In this document: positions 12,128-23,459 of the stretch, in pieces
Position numbering within the stretch: the stretch's first letter is position 1
Layout of the letters: every line of letters begins with the position of its first letter
Assembly (NCBI GenBank): GCA_012295275.1
Contig: CM022667.1
Location: 7,254,001 to 7,318,000, forward strand
Reading direction: 5' to 3'
Length of the DNA stretch: 64,000 nucleotides
DNA from: Chrysomallon squamiferum
Taxonomy: Eukaryota; Animalia; Mollusca
Program-made: the position numbers and the translations under genes
Notes under the pieces: model-generated
The model's database searches: none
Told to the model about the DNA's origin: nothing
What the model saw: the letters and a program-made list of their open reading frames with translations, nothing else

Positions 12128-15100
12128 TTAAACAGTGTAAGAAAATCCATGTTTTGATATTATCACTTCTTTAAAAGCTTTCATCTGTTGAAGATTTTCA
12201 GAAGAAACCATGGAGCTGAAGACGCTGTTGCCGTGGTGACAGATATTGAATGCCGCTGATGAGTGCTCTGTGTTGTAGGTGAAAGTTGTACGTTCGTCCT
12301 GTGTCTGTTGGAGGAGACGTGACAGGGTCAGTACATGGTGGGGCAGAACTGGTCCTGATATTTCAACAATGTGTTGTTTGATGCCAGCTGCTTTGTTAGC
12401 AGAATACTTCACCTGAAACACAAACACAAGACTTTTACACCTATCATTTAGCAAGATTACTTCGTTTTTGTGAAATAAACATAGCTTTTTGGAATCTTTG
12501 TTTAATATCATGCATTTTAAATGTGTTTTCAAATTAGTTTTGCTTACATAAATACATAAATATTTTAACAATGCTTATTTATAGCTTTCGAGAATCATTG
12601 TTTAATGCTACAAGGTTCAAATGTCTTTCCACATGAGTTTGAAAATGTTTATTTTACATCTTTCAGAATTAATGTTAAAACTGCTTATTTTATGTTTTAA
12701 ATTAATGCAAAACAAGTGCTAACAATAAAGGCTTTCAGCTTTAGTGTGAAACTTATAAAACTTGTTTTAGACACTTTACTTGAAGAAACAGTGAGATACC
12801 TAGTGAATATTTTATAAAGTGAAAAGCGTATGTCCTGGCTCACCATGTTAGATTTGAGAGTGCCTCCGTGGAAGGCGTCTGGAGACAGAATGGTTGGAGG
12901 GATGCCAGCCTGGCCTCCACTGGATGCAGTGCATGTCCGACAGTTGAGCAGGAAATTGAACAGGGCCTGGACATGGTCACCTTCAACGTGGACAAGAGAC
13001 TGCGGCCGACTGTCCAGTTCACGATATCCTTCTCTCTGTCTGACTTGGTGAAGGAAACTTTGATGTCCTATTTACAAGTTTTATCATATTTATATCCTCT
13101 ACATGAATATTTAAGCAATTCTTACCAAATGTATATCTTAAGAAAACTATTTTACCAGTTTTCCATGAATATTTTATGAACAACTGTCTTCAGTCTTTTA
13201 AAAATCTGTTTTATGGAACTTACATGTGATAAAATATAAAATGGTATATACAACTGTGTATTATTAAAACAAAAGATACAGTTTGACTTTGCTAGAGTAT
13301 AAAGCATAAAATTATATATACAATTGTGTATTATTAAAACAAAAGATACAGTTTGACTTTGTTAGAGTATAAAGTATAAAATTATATATACAACTGTGTA
13401 TTATTAAAACAAAAGATACAGTTTGACTTTGTTGGGGTCAAGAGAGGGAAACTGTGTTTTGTCTAAACCCATCTGTTCTAGCCAGACTGCAGCACCATTG
13501 TCTGTGTGCAACACATCAACTTCATCACTGTCTGTAGACTGCTCACTGAAATAACAACACACAGTATAACTGACAACATAATGAACAGAATATAAAATGA
13601 AAAACACTAGTAACTGGACACAATATCTTGTATACATATGACAAAATCTGGTGTTAATATGAAACAAAAATTGTTGACATACCCTGTGGGAGATATCTGT
13701 TCATCCAATACATCTGACAGACAATCTATACCATTGTCTAAGTTCTGTTTCTTCAACAAATTTGGCATTGTGTACACAATACCTAAAACCAAAAAAAAAG
13801 AAAGAAAAAAGAACAGAATATAATATCTACTTTCTGCCAAACTTACAACTTTGCTTCACACACAGAGACACAGTGAAACCTGTCAAAACTAAACAACATT
13901 TCAGTTCTTAGAGATAGATTTTAGCGTATAGTTATTTCCCTTCATTTATCTGAAATGAAAGTTTTAAAAAATATTATTTATACATTTATTTATTTATTAT
14001 AATCTGTTAAAAAACTATATATAAAAATGAAAAATGCTATAGATGTTTAGAAATCTAGTACATTTTAACCTAATAACTATGTTTATCATGTGAATTTAAA
14101 ATTTACCTTCATTATGAAGAGCTTCTCTAAAGCCTCGAGTAGTTGGAGTGAGCATTGCTGACAAGCTGTCTCCACAGCCGACTCGAAACAGAACAGTGAA
14201 GTGGTGTGTGCACAGATAGAAATACGGACACACTGCTGAACGAAGCTGATCAAACACAGATGTGAAACTCGCCATCCTAAAATATATTTAAAAATTTAAT
14301 AATCATTCATTCCCAAAATGTATTTAAAAACTTAATAATCATTCCTAAAATATTTAAAACTTAATAATCATTCCTCAATATATTAAAAAAACACTTTATA
14401 ATCATTTCTAAAATATATTAATAAACTTAAAAATTATTGTTAACATGAACTAACAGTATTAACATGAAGTAAAAATTTAACACACACAACTACATTTAAT
14501 ATAAAACACAGTAATCAACACACATTAATGATATTTAAGTTGAAAATACAAACCAGTCTTTGTGCAGAGCTTGTTGAATTTCATTTGTCAGACTGAATGA
14601 TGCACTACTACAACACAAACAAATAACTATCAAAACATAAATAACTGAATAAATAAATGATAATATTAAACATCTTCATCAGCAGTAGATAAATATTAAA
14701 CATACAAATAATTCAGTGAAACTGCAAGTTAAAAAGAAGAGATATCTTAGACCAATCAAATTGTGAACAGAAACTAATTAAAAAATGACACCAGTAGCAC
14801 TAATATAACTAAGTTAATACAATTGCAGGTAGATATAACTGAGTTAATACAAACATACATATAACTGAGTTAATACAAAATGGAGATGTAGATATAACTG
14901 AGTTAATACAAACATACATATAACTGAGTTAATATAAATGAAGATGTAGATATAACTGAGTTAATACAAAATGGAGATGTAGATATAACTGAGTTAATAC
15001 AAACATACATATAACTGAGTTAATATAAATGAAGATGTAGATATAACTGAGTTAATACAAACATACATATAACTGAGTTAATACAAAATGGAGATGTAGA

Positions 15101-18100
15101 TATAACTGAGTTAATACAAACATACATATAACTGAGTTAATATAAATGAAGATGTAGATATAACTGAGTTAATAAAATGAAGATGTAGATATAACTGAGT
15201 TAATAAAATGAAGATGTAGATATAACTGAGTTAATACAAACATACATATAACTGAGTTAATACAAAATGGAGATGTAGATATAACTGAGTTAATACAAAC
15301 ATACATATAACTGAGTTAATATAAATGAAGATGTAGATATAACTGAGTTAATACAAAATGGAGATGTAGATATAACTGAGTTAATACAAACATACATATA
15401 ACTGAGTTAATATAAATGAAGATGTAGATATAACTGAGTTAATAAAATGAAGATGTAGATATAACTGAGTTAATACAAACATACATATAACTGAGTTAAT
15501 ACAAAATGGAGATGTAGATATAACTGAGTTAATACAAACATACATATAACTGAGTTAATATAAATGAAGATGTAGATATAACTGAGTTAATAAAATGAAG
15601 ATGTAGATATAACTGAGTTAATACAAACATACATATAACTGAGTTAATACAAAATGGAGATGTAGATATAACTGAGTTAATACAAACATACATATAACTG
15701 AGTTAATATAAATGAAGATGTAGATATAACTGAGTTAATACAAAATGGAGATGTAGATATAACTGAGTTAATACAAACATACATATAACTGAGTTAATGC
15801 AAACATAAATACAACTATGTTAACATACATACAGATATAACTGAGTTAACATAAACTCAGTGTTTAACTGTAAAACACATGTAAAACTGTGTCAGTTGAG
15901 TAAGATATGTGTTAACTGTAAAACACATGTAAAACTGTGTCAGTTGAGTAAGATATGTGTTAACTATAAACATGGCTGACTTGCCTTGCTCTGTCATGTG
16001 GAACAGTCCGTGGAAACAGTTTGAGCCAGGGCAGGTTTGGATGGATCCAGTAATGACAGCAACTCAGGAAAGAGTTTTTTGTATTTTCACACTAGAATAA
16101 AAAGACTATAATATAATATATTCATGTAAGTATTAACATATAATGTTATATCATCTGTACATATCTGTATTAAATACACAGTTTGTGCACACATAAACAC
16201 GTTAATGAAAACTTGTAATCAAACACACCTGACGGACACCACGGACATGACTGACCACACCCTGCGCCTCATCAGCTGACTTGAACTGACTACACCAAGA
16301 CAATGAACTGGAGCTTGTCACCCTGACCTTCAGCTTCAGACTCCAGTCTACAGGAAGTTCTTGTGAAATATTACAAACTGTTGTCTTTCTTTCATCCTAA
16401 AAAAACACAACAATAATAATAACCTCTCTTTTACCCTCTTTAAAGTCGTCTTTGCTAATTTAATAGCAATAAAGAGTTATAACAAATTTTAAATTAAATG
16501 CTTATGAATATACACTAACCGTGTCCAGGGTCTTCACACTAGATTTACACTTGTCTAAATTCTCAACATTTGTGTCATCTTGTGTGACTGCATCACAGGT
16601 AACAACATTCTGGAAAAAAATATAAACATAAATTTTTTTAAAATAAAAATATAAATAAATATAACATAGCCAATGTAGGTAACTTGCTTTACAAATTTTC
16701 TAACCAGTGGATACTAAGTAAAGTAGGCTGACCATGTATTAATATATAATAATATTTGTCTCATCTTTTATATACATTTACAACAAAATAATGTATTTCT
16801 TTCTTTATTATTATTATTTTTTAAACAATAATCTTAATAAATTCTTTCTGTGTAATTTATTCACTGTTTTCATATCATCAAATTAATCACTGATACCTGT
16901 ATATGTAATATAAAAAAGAAAAGAAATAATTATTTTATACATAACATTAAATATTCATTTCTAAATAAATTTTCTTGATACCATGTACAATTTAATAAAT
17001 GATAGCTCAGAACAATTTTTACAAAAAATAGATTTATTTGTAAAATGCCTGTTAAAATATGAAAGCATGAACAAATGAAAGTGCCTCTATGATCATGTTT
17101 AGATGCCAAGTTTAAAAACACTGGATTTTGTAATTTTTGGATGCATGCTCCACACTTCTTTATCATGACATCTTTCTTAGCAACTTGGCTCATGTTTTTA
17201 CTCAAACCATGGAAAAAACAACAACAACAGCAACAACATCAACACAGTGTTTAGAGAAAGTGCACAGTTGTTAATAATTTAATACACCTGATTTAACAAC
17301 TATTTCACTACTATGTAACTAACTAACCCTACTCAAATGCTAATTTTTGTATGATTAACAAGCAGTTGCCAGTTTTAATAGTTCTGTGTTGAGCTTTTTA
17401 ATGATTACAAGTGTTTTCATGTCCACAAAATACTTAACTGTTGTCATTAAATTAATAATCTCCAATGTCATTAACATTTCCCATAAAATGATATTGTCTT
17501 CAGTACAACTCAAGTCATTAGTATAGCTATTATCTTCATACCAAACTGTTTTTACACACACTAACACACTATTAAATAAACTGATGCAAATTTTAAACAG
17601 TTCCTGAAATGACCAGTTCTGTAATTAAATATCACAGCAGACTAACATGTAACTATTTTCATTAGAAATTACATAATCATAGTGAAAGAGCTGATGGTGT
17701 CACGCAGAAGAAGACACATTTTTTATAATGCGGTATTAATGGGTGCTGGCATTTGTGATGATTTGGAAATAACAATGAACTTAACCTCCTTTCAAGATAT
17801 TGAGTATCACTACGTCACATATGTGACTATGTGTGTAGACTGAGTCAGTGAGTGTTAGAATGGATATTTCAGCTGCTTCCCAGGGAGTATTGTTTGCAAT
17901 TTTTAGCAATTTATTAATGCATAATCATGATAATGGGCAATGTCTTCCCAATCATCAATTTATTAAAATGATATGACAAATTCTTGACCACCTACCTGTG
18001 ATAACAGAGTGTCCTTACTTGGGTACTGAGGAATAGTTAAAACGTCCTTTTCAGACTCGGTCTGAATTTCGTCCCTCTCAACGTGTAACTCACATTCTCT

Positions 18101-18454
18101 CACCGATTTCCTCGGCGACAAAACGTTAAAAAGATTTTGAGTGGCCTTTGTCAGAACCTTTTTCGGAGACTTCAAATCATTTTCGTCACGAATTCTTTTC
18201 CTTTTACCATTAACAAGCCGACAGCCAAAAGGATTTTTGCGTTTACTAGATTGTCCATTGCCATTGTCTGCATCGTTAGATTCTTTGAATTTATCATTAT
18301 CATGATTAATCATATTATGTTTTAAGTCACGGAATACTCGAAATGACTGTTTGTTATCTATAACACAGGTTTTAGAACTATGTTTCCTCTTTCTTATTTT
18401 GTGCATTTTCATTATATCTTGTGGATTTTTCCATCGTGACAAATTTTCCGACAT
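12128..18454 (-). CDS. DONSON: protein downstream neighbor of Son (DONSON; replisome/CMG assembly factor), 10 exons, 584 aa
   Basis: Exons in transcript order: 18454-17996, 16609-16520, 16396-16229, 16091-15985, 14607-14554, 14276-14107, 13782-13683, 13545-13420, 13039-12844, 12412-12128. Total 1755 nt with consistent phases. Family motifs: LPVDWSLK, YWIHPNLPWLKLFPR, DW..SFTS.....CPYFYLCTHHFTVLFR, TPTTRGFREAL, WLEQMG, ALFNFLLN, GIPPTILSP.AF.GGT, EISGPVLPH. Confidence 0.96.
13040..13419 (-). other. probable U12-type (minor spliceosome) GT-AG intron, DONSON intron 8
   Basis: 5'ss CT|GTATCTTTT (U12 consensus RTATCCTTT). Branch-like TTCCTTCAC at 13056-13048 (consensus TTCCTTRAC), with the A 9 nt upstream of the terminal G. 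No polypyrimidine tract (CAAGTCAG|). Confidence 0.75.
13245..13433. repeat. 70-bp tandem repeat (~2.7 copies) overlapping the DONSON exon 8/intron 8 junction
   Basis: CAACTGTGTATTATTAAAACAAAAGATACAGTTTGACTTTG at 13251, 13321 and 13391. Confidence 0.95.
14800..15860. repeat. composite 26-33-bp minisatellite with palindromic core in DONSON intron 4
   Basis: Constant ATATAACTGAGTTAATA (TAACT-G-AGTTA palindrome) alternating with a few fixed spacers: CAAACATAC, CAAAATGGAGATGTAG, TAAATGAAGATGTAG, AAATGAAGATGTAG. Confidence 0.95.
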
Positions 18455-19090
18455 AATTTTTGTCCTATTCCCACGACCAGTTTTCAACTTTCGCGGCCAA
18501 CCGGAAATGAGTTAAGTGAGAGCCCATTCTGTCGATTAACATGGGTATTCTGTCAACACTACTCAAAACGATCAAAAATTAATTGTAAATAAATAATACA
18601 TTATTATGTCTCTTTGTTGTTTAAAGTTAACCTGTTAGTAATTGTAAAATCTATTTTATAAACAATAAAACAAGTTTTAAAACAAAAAACGACTGTAATT
18701 TTAAAGCAACAAAATAATGTCTGAAATAATAATAAAATAAATTATTGAATTTAATGAAGAAGAAAGAAAGAAAGGTACATTAAGGGAGCTTAATACTGCA
18801 ATTTGTGCAAAGGTTAGAAGACCGAATTGCAGCGATGCTTTATTAGTACACGTAAATAATTTCGTACAGAAAAAACGTGCAAAACACATCGGCAATGATT
18901 TTTATTGCTTTATCAAAATGATCTCTCCCCCACCAGTTTTTTACTTCACTTCCTTTGCCGCATTTATTTCACGGACACTGATCAGTGCTCTCGTTTATCG
19001 GAGGAGAATTATTTGTTACAAGGAGAAATTAACTCTTTTTTAAGTCAGTTTCACTTTCAGTGCTGGATGCTTAAATCTGAAACGAACAAG
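18455..19090. promoter_or_regulatory. putative bidirectional promoter DONSON/MGST3
   Basis: Divergent start codons separated by only 636 bp. ETS-like cores ACCGGAAAT at 18500 and CACTTCC near 18948; locally CpG-richer than the introns. Confidence 0.6.
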
Positions 19091-22000
19091 ATGATTCTGA
19101 CTGTGCCATCAGAATTTGGTTATGTTATTTTTGTTGTAGTTGCATCCATAGTGCTACTGCAGTGGCTTGCTTTTAATGTGACACAAGCAAGGAAAAAATA
19201 CGAAATTCCAGTAAGTAAAGAATAATTTTCCGCGATTTCGCCCTGTCTTCCGAAAGGGAATTATTATTATATTTATAGAGAATGCCACTCACCGATTCAC
19301 GATATTTTAAAAGTATTTTGTTGTTGCTGTTGTTGTTGTTATTATTATTATTGATTGGTACCGTCCGTGTTAAAAATTTATGATCGTTCTAAAATATACT
19401 CGTGAAAAAATAATCAAGAGTTATTGTACATCATACAGACGTATATAAAATATAATTTATATAGTGATATGTAAATTATAATTTATATGGAGGCACTGAC
19501 ATTATTTTTAATTTTAAAATATTCGTTATGAGGCACTGACATTAAATTTAATTTTAGCCTTCTTGATTCGAAAAATTAAAAGGATGGTTGACTTTAGAAT
19601 TAGAAACAGCACTGGACATGGTACAGAAACTACAAACATATACTGATATAGACACACCTCACTTGGTGACCTGTTTAACAACTATAAACACCTACAGTCA
19701 ACTCTCTGATCTGTCAGTATTGTATACAGTATAAGTGATCATGGAAGCACTTCAAACACTGTCATCTCACATCACCCTTTCTTAGTTGCATTCATTACTC
19801 ACTACAGTAACACTTGTCTTCCCAGCCTCCAAAAATTCATTGTACTTTATAGTGCACCCCAAAGTTCAAGATGTTGGTAACATTTGTTGAATTTACTGGA
19901 CTGTATTCAGTTTTAAATAAATTTCTGTAATAAAATCATTGCGAATGTTTAACTGGCTAACCAGCTGACAGAGAATAGAGAAGACAAAATATAAATGAAA
20001 AAAAAAAAAATAAAAAAATATATGTTGAGAAATTTATTTAATTTTAAAACTGATATAGATAACAGTTTGATAAATATTTTGTCACGTTTATTTCAGTGTA
20101 TACCAGGAGAAACATGGAAAATAACGAAACAGAATTTATAAAAAATCGTATTTGTTTTATTAATGAAAATATTTTACCTTTTGATCATGTTATAACATAC
20201 ATTACATAAACAAAACACTAAATATTTTATGTTGCTATGGGTTGTCCATACAATACATAAACAAAACACTAAATATTTTATGTTGCTATGGGTTGTCCAT
20301 ACAATGTCCTTTTGTACCTTTTTGTACCGTTTCTGTCCTGTATGCAAACACACTCTGTAGCTATGAATGTCTGGACTTGCTCACATTTAAAATGTCTTAC
20401 ATCTGTAATTAGATTAATATTATGATAAAAACACACACAGGTTTCATCAGTTACTTGCAGATCCATTGGTCAAGTTTTAAAATAAAATTGACTTTCACTG
20501 TGCCAAGTTATAAAGAAAAGTATTTTTATTTTTTCATGCATTTGTTACACAGAAGATAAATTTGATATTCATGTTAATGTCTGATATTATCTGTGAATTG
20601 ATGCTGTTATGGAGAGTGTAAAAATCATCTTATTGTGTGTGTGTGTGTGTGTCAGGATAATGGTTCATTACTATGGTTTCAGTAATTTCTCATTTGTGGA
20701 AAGTTACATCAGTTTTGAGATTTTAAATTAATTTTTTTTTTTTTTTTCAGTATCCAACAATGTATGCAGCTCATTGTGACCGCTTTAACTGTGTCCAGAG
20801 AGCTCACCAAAACACGTATGTTTAGAAAAACAGGAAAAGTTGTACTGAAAAAAAAGAAAAAATGAATGCAGCTTTTGCTAAATAATTCAGTGAAAACCAC
20901 TGAAAAGTTTTAAAATGTGTTAGTGACTTTATATGATACGTAAAACCCATCAACTTAAAACAAAACTTAGAACGTGATGAATATTTAGCTAATTAATGTA
21001 TTTTTAAATGCCCCAAAATATGAATTAACATCTGATTTAACTTGCAGGGTAAAAAGTAGAGAAATGTTACTGTACCTTTTTGTAAATATTGAAATGTAAC
21101 TTTTGCTGCTTTTGTAAATATTTTAACATTATTGTACATGATTTTGTAAATATATATAATTACTGTTGCTTTTTTTGTAAAGATTTAAAATTATTGTACA
21201 TTTCTATAAATATTTAAAAATTACTATCTTTTTATAAAAGTCTTAAATATTAATATTATTATTTAAGATACTGAAATATTACATTAAAAAAAAAAAAAAA
21301 AATAATAATGAATTATTAATATTCCTGGTTCTTCAGACTTGAATCTTACCCAGTATTCCTTGTTTTACTGTTGTTGTCTGGAGTCGGGTTTCCAGTAAGT
21401 ATTTTGTAGTCTGTGTTTAGTGACAGTTTTATCAACTATGACAGTAGTTCTTTGTACATAATCTAATTCAAACTATGTTTCCTCACTAAACTTTTATCTT
21501 CAATTCATGTTATATAATCCTTGCAGTAATGTCACTTGTATTTTGAGAATCCATATTTAATTATTATGCTGTCAATACTGACAAATTTTAGACTGCAGTA
21601 ACAAATACGTTTAAGAATAAAATTTATAATTGGATTATGTTTTATTATAGTAATTATTTGTTTTCAGAAACTCAGTGCTCTTTCTGGATTTATATGGATA
21701 TTAGGAAGACTTGCTTATGCTCATGGTTATTATACTGGAGGTATCTGTATATATATTTTTTCTTTTACACACATATATAAATATGTATATATTTTTTCTT
21801 TTACACATGTATATAAATAAATATGTACATATATTTTTTCTTTTACACACATACATATATATGTTACATGTTGAGAAGTTTCAGATCCATGACATATCAT
21901 CTAGTGTAGACAAACTTTATTCCATACAGAAAATTATTAAACATATTGCATACAAGAACATCCAAGCTCTGTGTATAGGATGTGTGTTAAATGTTAATAG

Positions 22001-22565
22001 ATGTAATTCTCAGGCTGTATCGACATTTTTCAAGATAAAGAAAACCTGAAACCCAAGACATTACCAGCCCCAATCATTTAAAATAAGATAGGTTTCACAT
22101 TTATTTAGCATGTCTTTACCTAGAATTGTGTTTAACATTTACATTTATGTAAATGAGTTACTTAGAGGTAGGTGTAAATCTTACACAGTTACAGAGATGT
22201 GCAATACAAAAAAAACTAGTTACATAAACTTATTAACATAGACAGAATGAGGTTTAACTTGTATTTTATCAAACTGAAAGCAGTTTTATAATGTAAAATA
22301 ATGTAAAACAGCTGATGGTCTTGATGTGATCCACTTGATACTTCCTTTCCTTTTTGTTTATGAGGTTAAATGTTTCTTGATTTGACGACAACATTTAGCA
22401 TGTCTTATTATTTAAAAAATTAAGAAATGTTAATGTTGTCACAGAAGAGGTGTTAAATTTTCAGATCCATCAAAACGAATGCGTGGCGTGTTTGGATATG
22501 CTGGTCTGCTCGTGCTGCTGGTCTGCACTGTTATCATGGCCCTGGATTTGCTGCAGTTTGTTTGA
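19091..22565 (+). CDS. MGST3: microsomal glutathione S-transferase 3 (MAPEG family), 5 exons, 138 aa
   Basis: Exons 19091-19210, 20751-20815, 21337-21394, 21668-21740, 22465-22565 (417 nt, all GT-AG, in frame). Motifs: EFGYVI, ARKKYEIPYPTMY, FNCVQRAHQNTLESYP, GRLAYAHGYYTGDPSKRMRG.FGY. Confidence 0.96.
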
Positions 22566-23074
22566 ATTAATCTTCACATTTTGGTTATTGTGAACTGGGA
22601 AATTACAGACAAAAACATTTTTCTCACTGTAATTATTTTTTTATGTAATAAATCATTTTATATGAAATACAAAACTGATAATATAGGATTATAATGTGTT
22701 ATGAAATTCATAAATGGATAATGCAAAATTGTAAAGTTGTTTTTTTTTGAGCTGTGAAATTCAAAGTCAGATTATGAGTTTTATTTATATAGTTTTAATA
22801 TACAAAGTGTTGAAACAATGAAATCCATATAGTGAAAATAAATCAGAAATAAAAGGAAGCTACTGTATTAACATGTCACATTAATAATAAATAGGAATTA
22901 TAGCAGTATAATATATAATTCAGGTTTATCTTTGGTAACATGAATCGAGAACATACATTTTATATAATTACAGATCATTCTGAATTGTTTTTGTTGTGAT
23001 TTGTTTTCACTAATAAACACATATCATTGTAAGTGTGCTCAGTGTTCATAATAGCAATAGCTCTCTTCTCATCT

Positions 23075-23303
23075 TTAGGGTCAGGGCTGGTTTGGGTTAG
23101 GGTGAGGGTTAGGGTTACGGTGAGGGTTGGGTTGGTTAGGGTTAGAGGGTTCGGGTTTGGGTTGGGTTGGTTAGGGTCGGTTAGGGTTACGGTTTGGGTT
23201 GGATTCGGTGGGTTGGGTTTAGGTTTAGGCTTAGGGTTGGAATTAGGGTTTCTGGTTGGGTTAGGGTCAAGGTCAGGATTAGGGGTTAGCGTTACGGTTA
23301 CCG
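23075..23303 (+). repeat. degenerate interstitial telomeric repeat (TTAGGG)n
   Basis: TTAGGG mixed with TCAGGG, TGAGGG, TTTGGG and TTACGG variants; G-rich on + strand. Confidence 0.9.
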
Positions 23304-23445
23304 TTTTTATTCCACGTGTCGGAAATTCGGTTTTCCAAAAACGAAAAGCCGTGTGGCATTATGCCCGGGAGTCGGGGAAAATATTTCAACGTGTGTAAAA
23401 GGGGCGAGTGTGGCAAAAACGTTTCCAACATTTACGAAGGATGCT
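23304..23445 (-). repeat. short diverged satellite fragment inverted relative to the adjacent left arm
   Basis: CCGTGTGGCA...AATATTTCAACGTGTG..GGGGCGAGTGTGGCAAAAACGTTTCCAACATTTAC has the orientation of the right-arm array. Confidence 0.85.
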
Positions 23446-23459
23446 TTCCACCCGTCTCT

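Noticed and set aside
14800-15860. CRISPR-like repeat-spacer appearance
   Set aside because: Eukaryotic intron; spacers are 9-16 bp and only ~4 recurring types; no cas genes.
17963-19225. ORF-track starts at 18487 (DONSON) and 18905 (MGST3)
   Set aside because: Both are TTG starts from prokaryote-style calling; the first in-frame ATG for DONSON is 18454, and 19091 fits MGST3 family length (an upstream in-frame ATG at 19067 is possible).
21741-21750. MGST3 intron 4 donor GTATCTG as U12-type
   Set aside because: It diverges from RTATCCTT after +5 and no U12 branch motif precedes the acceptor at 22464.
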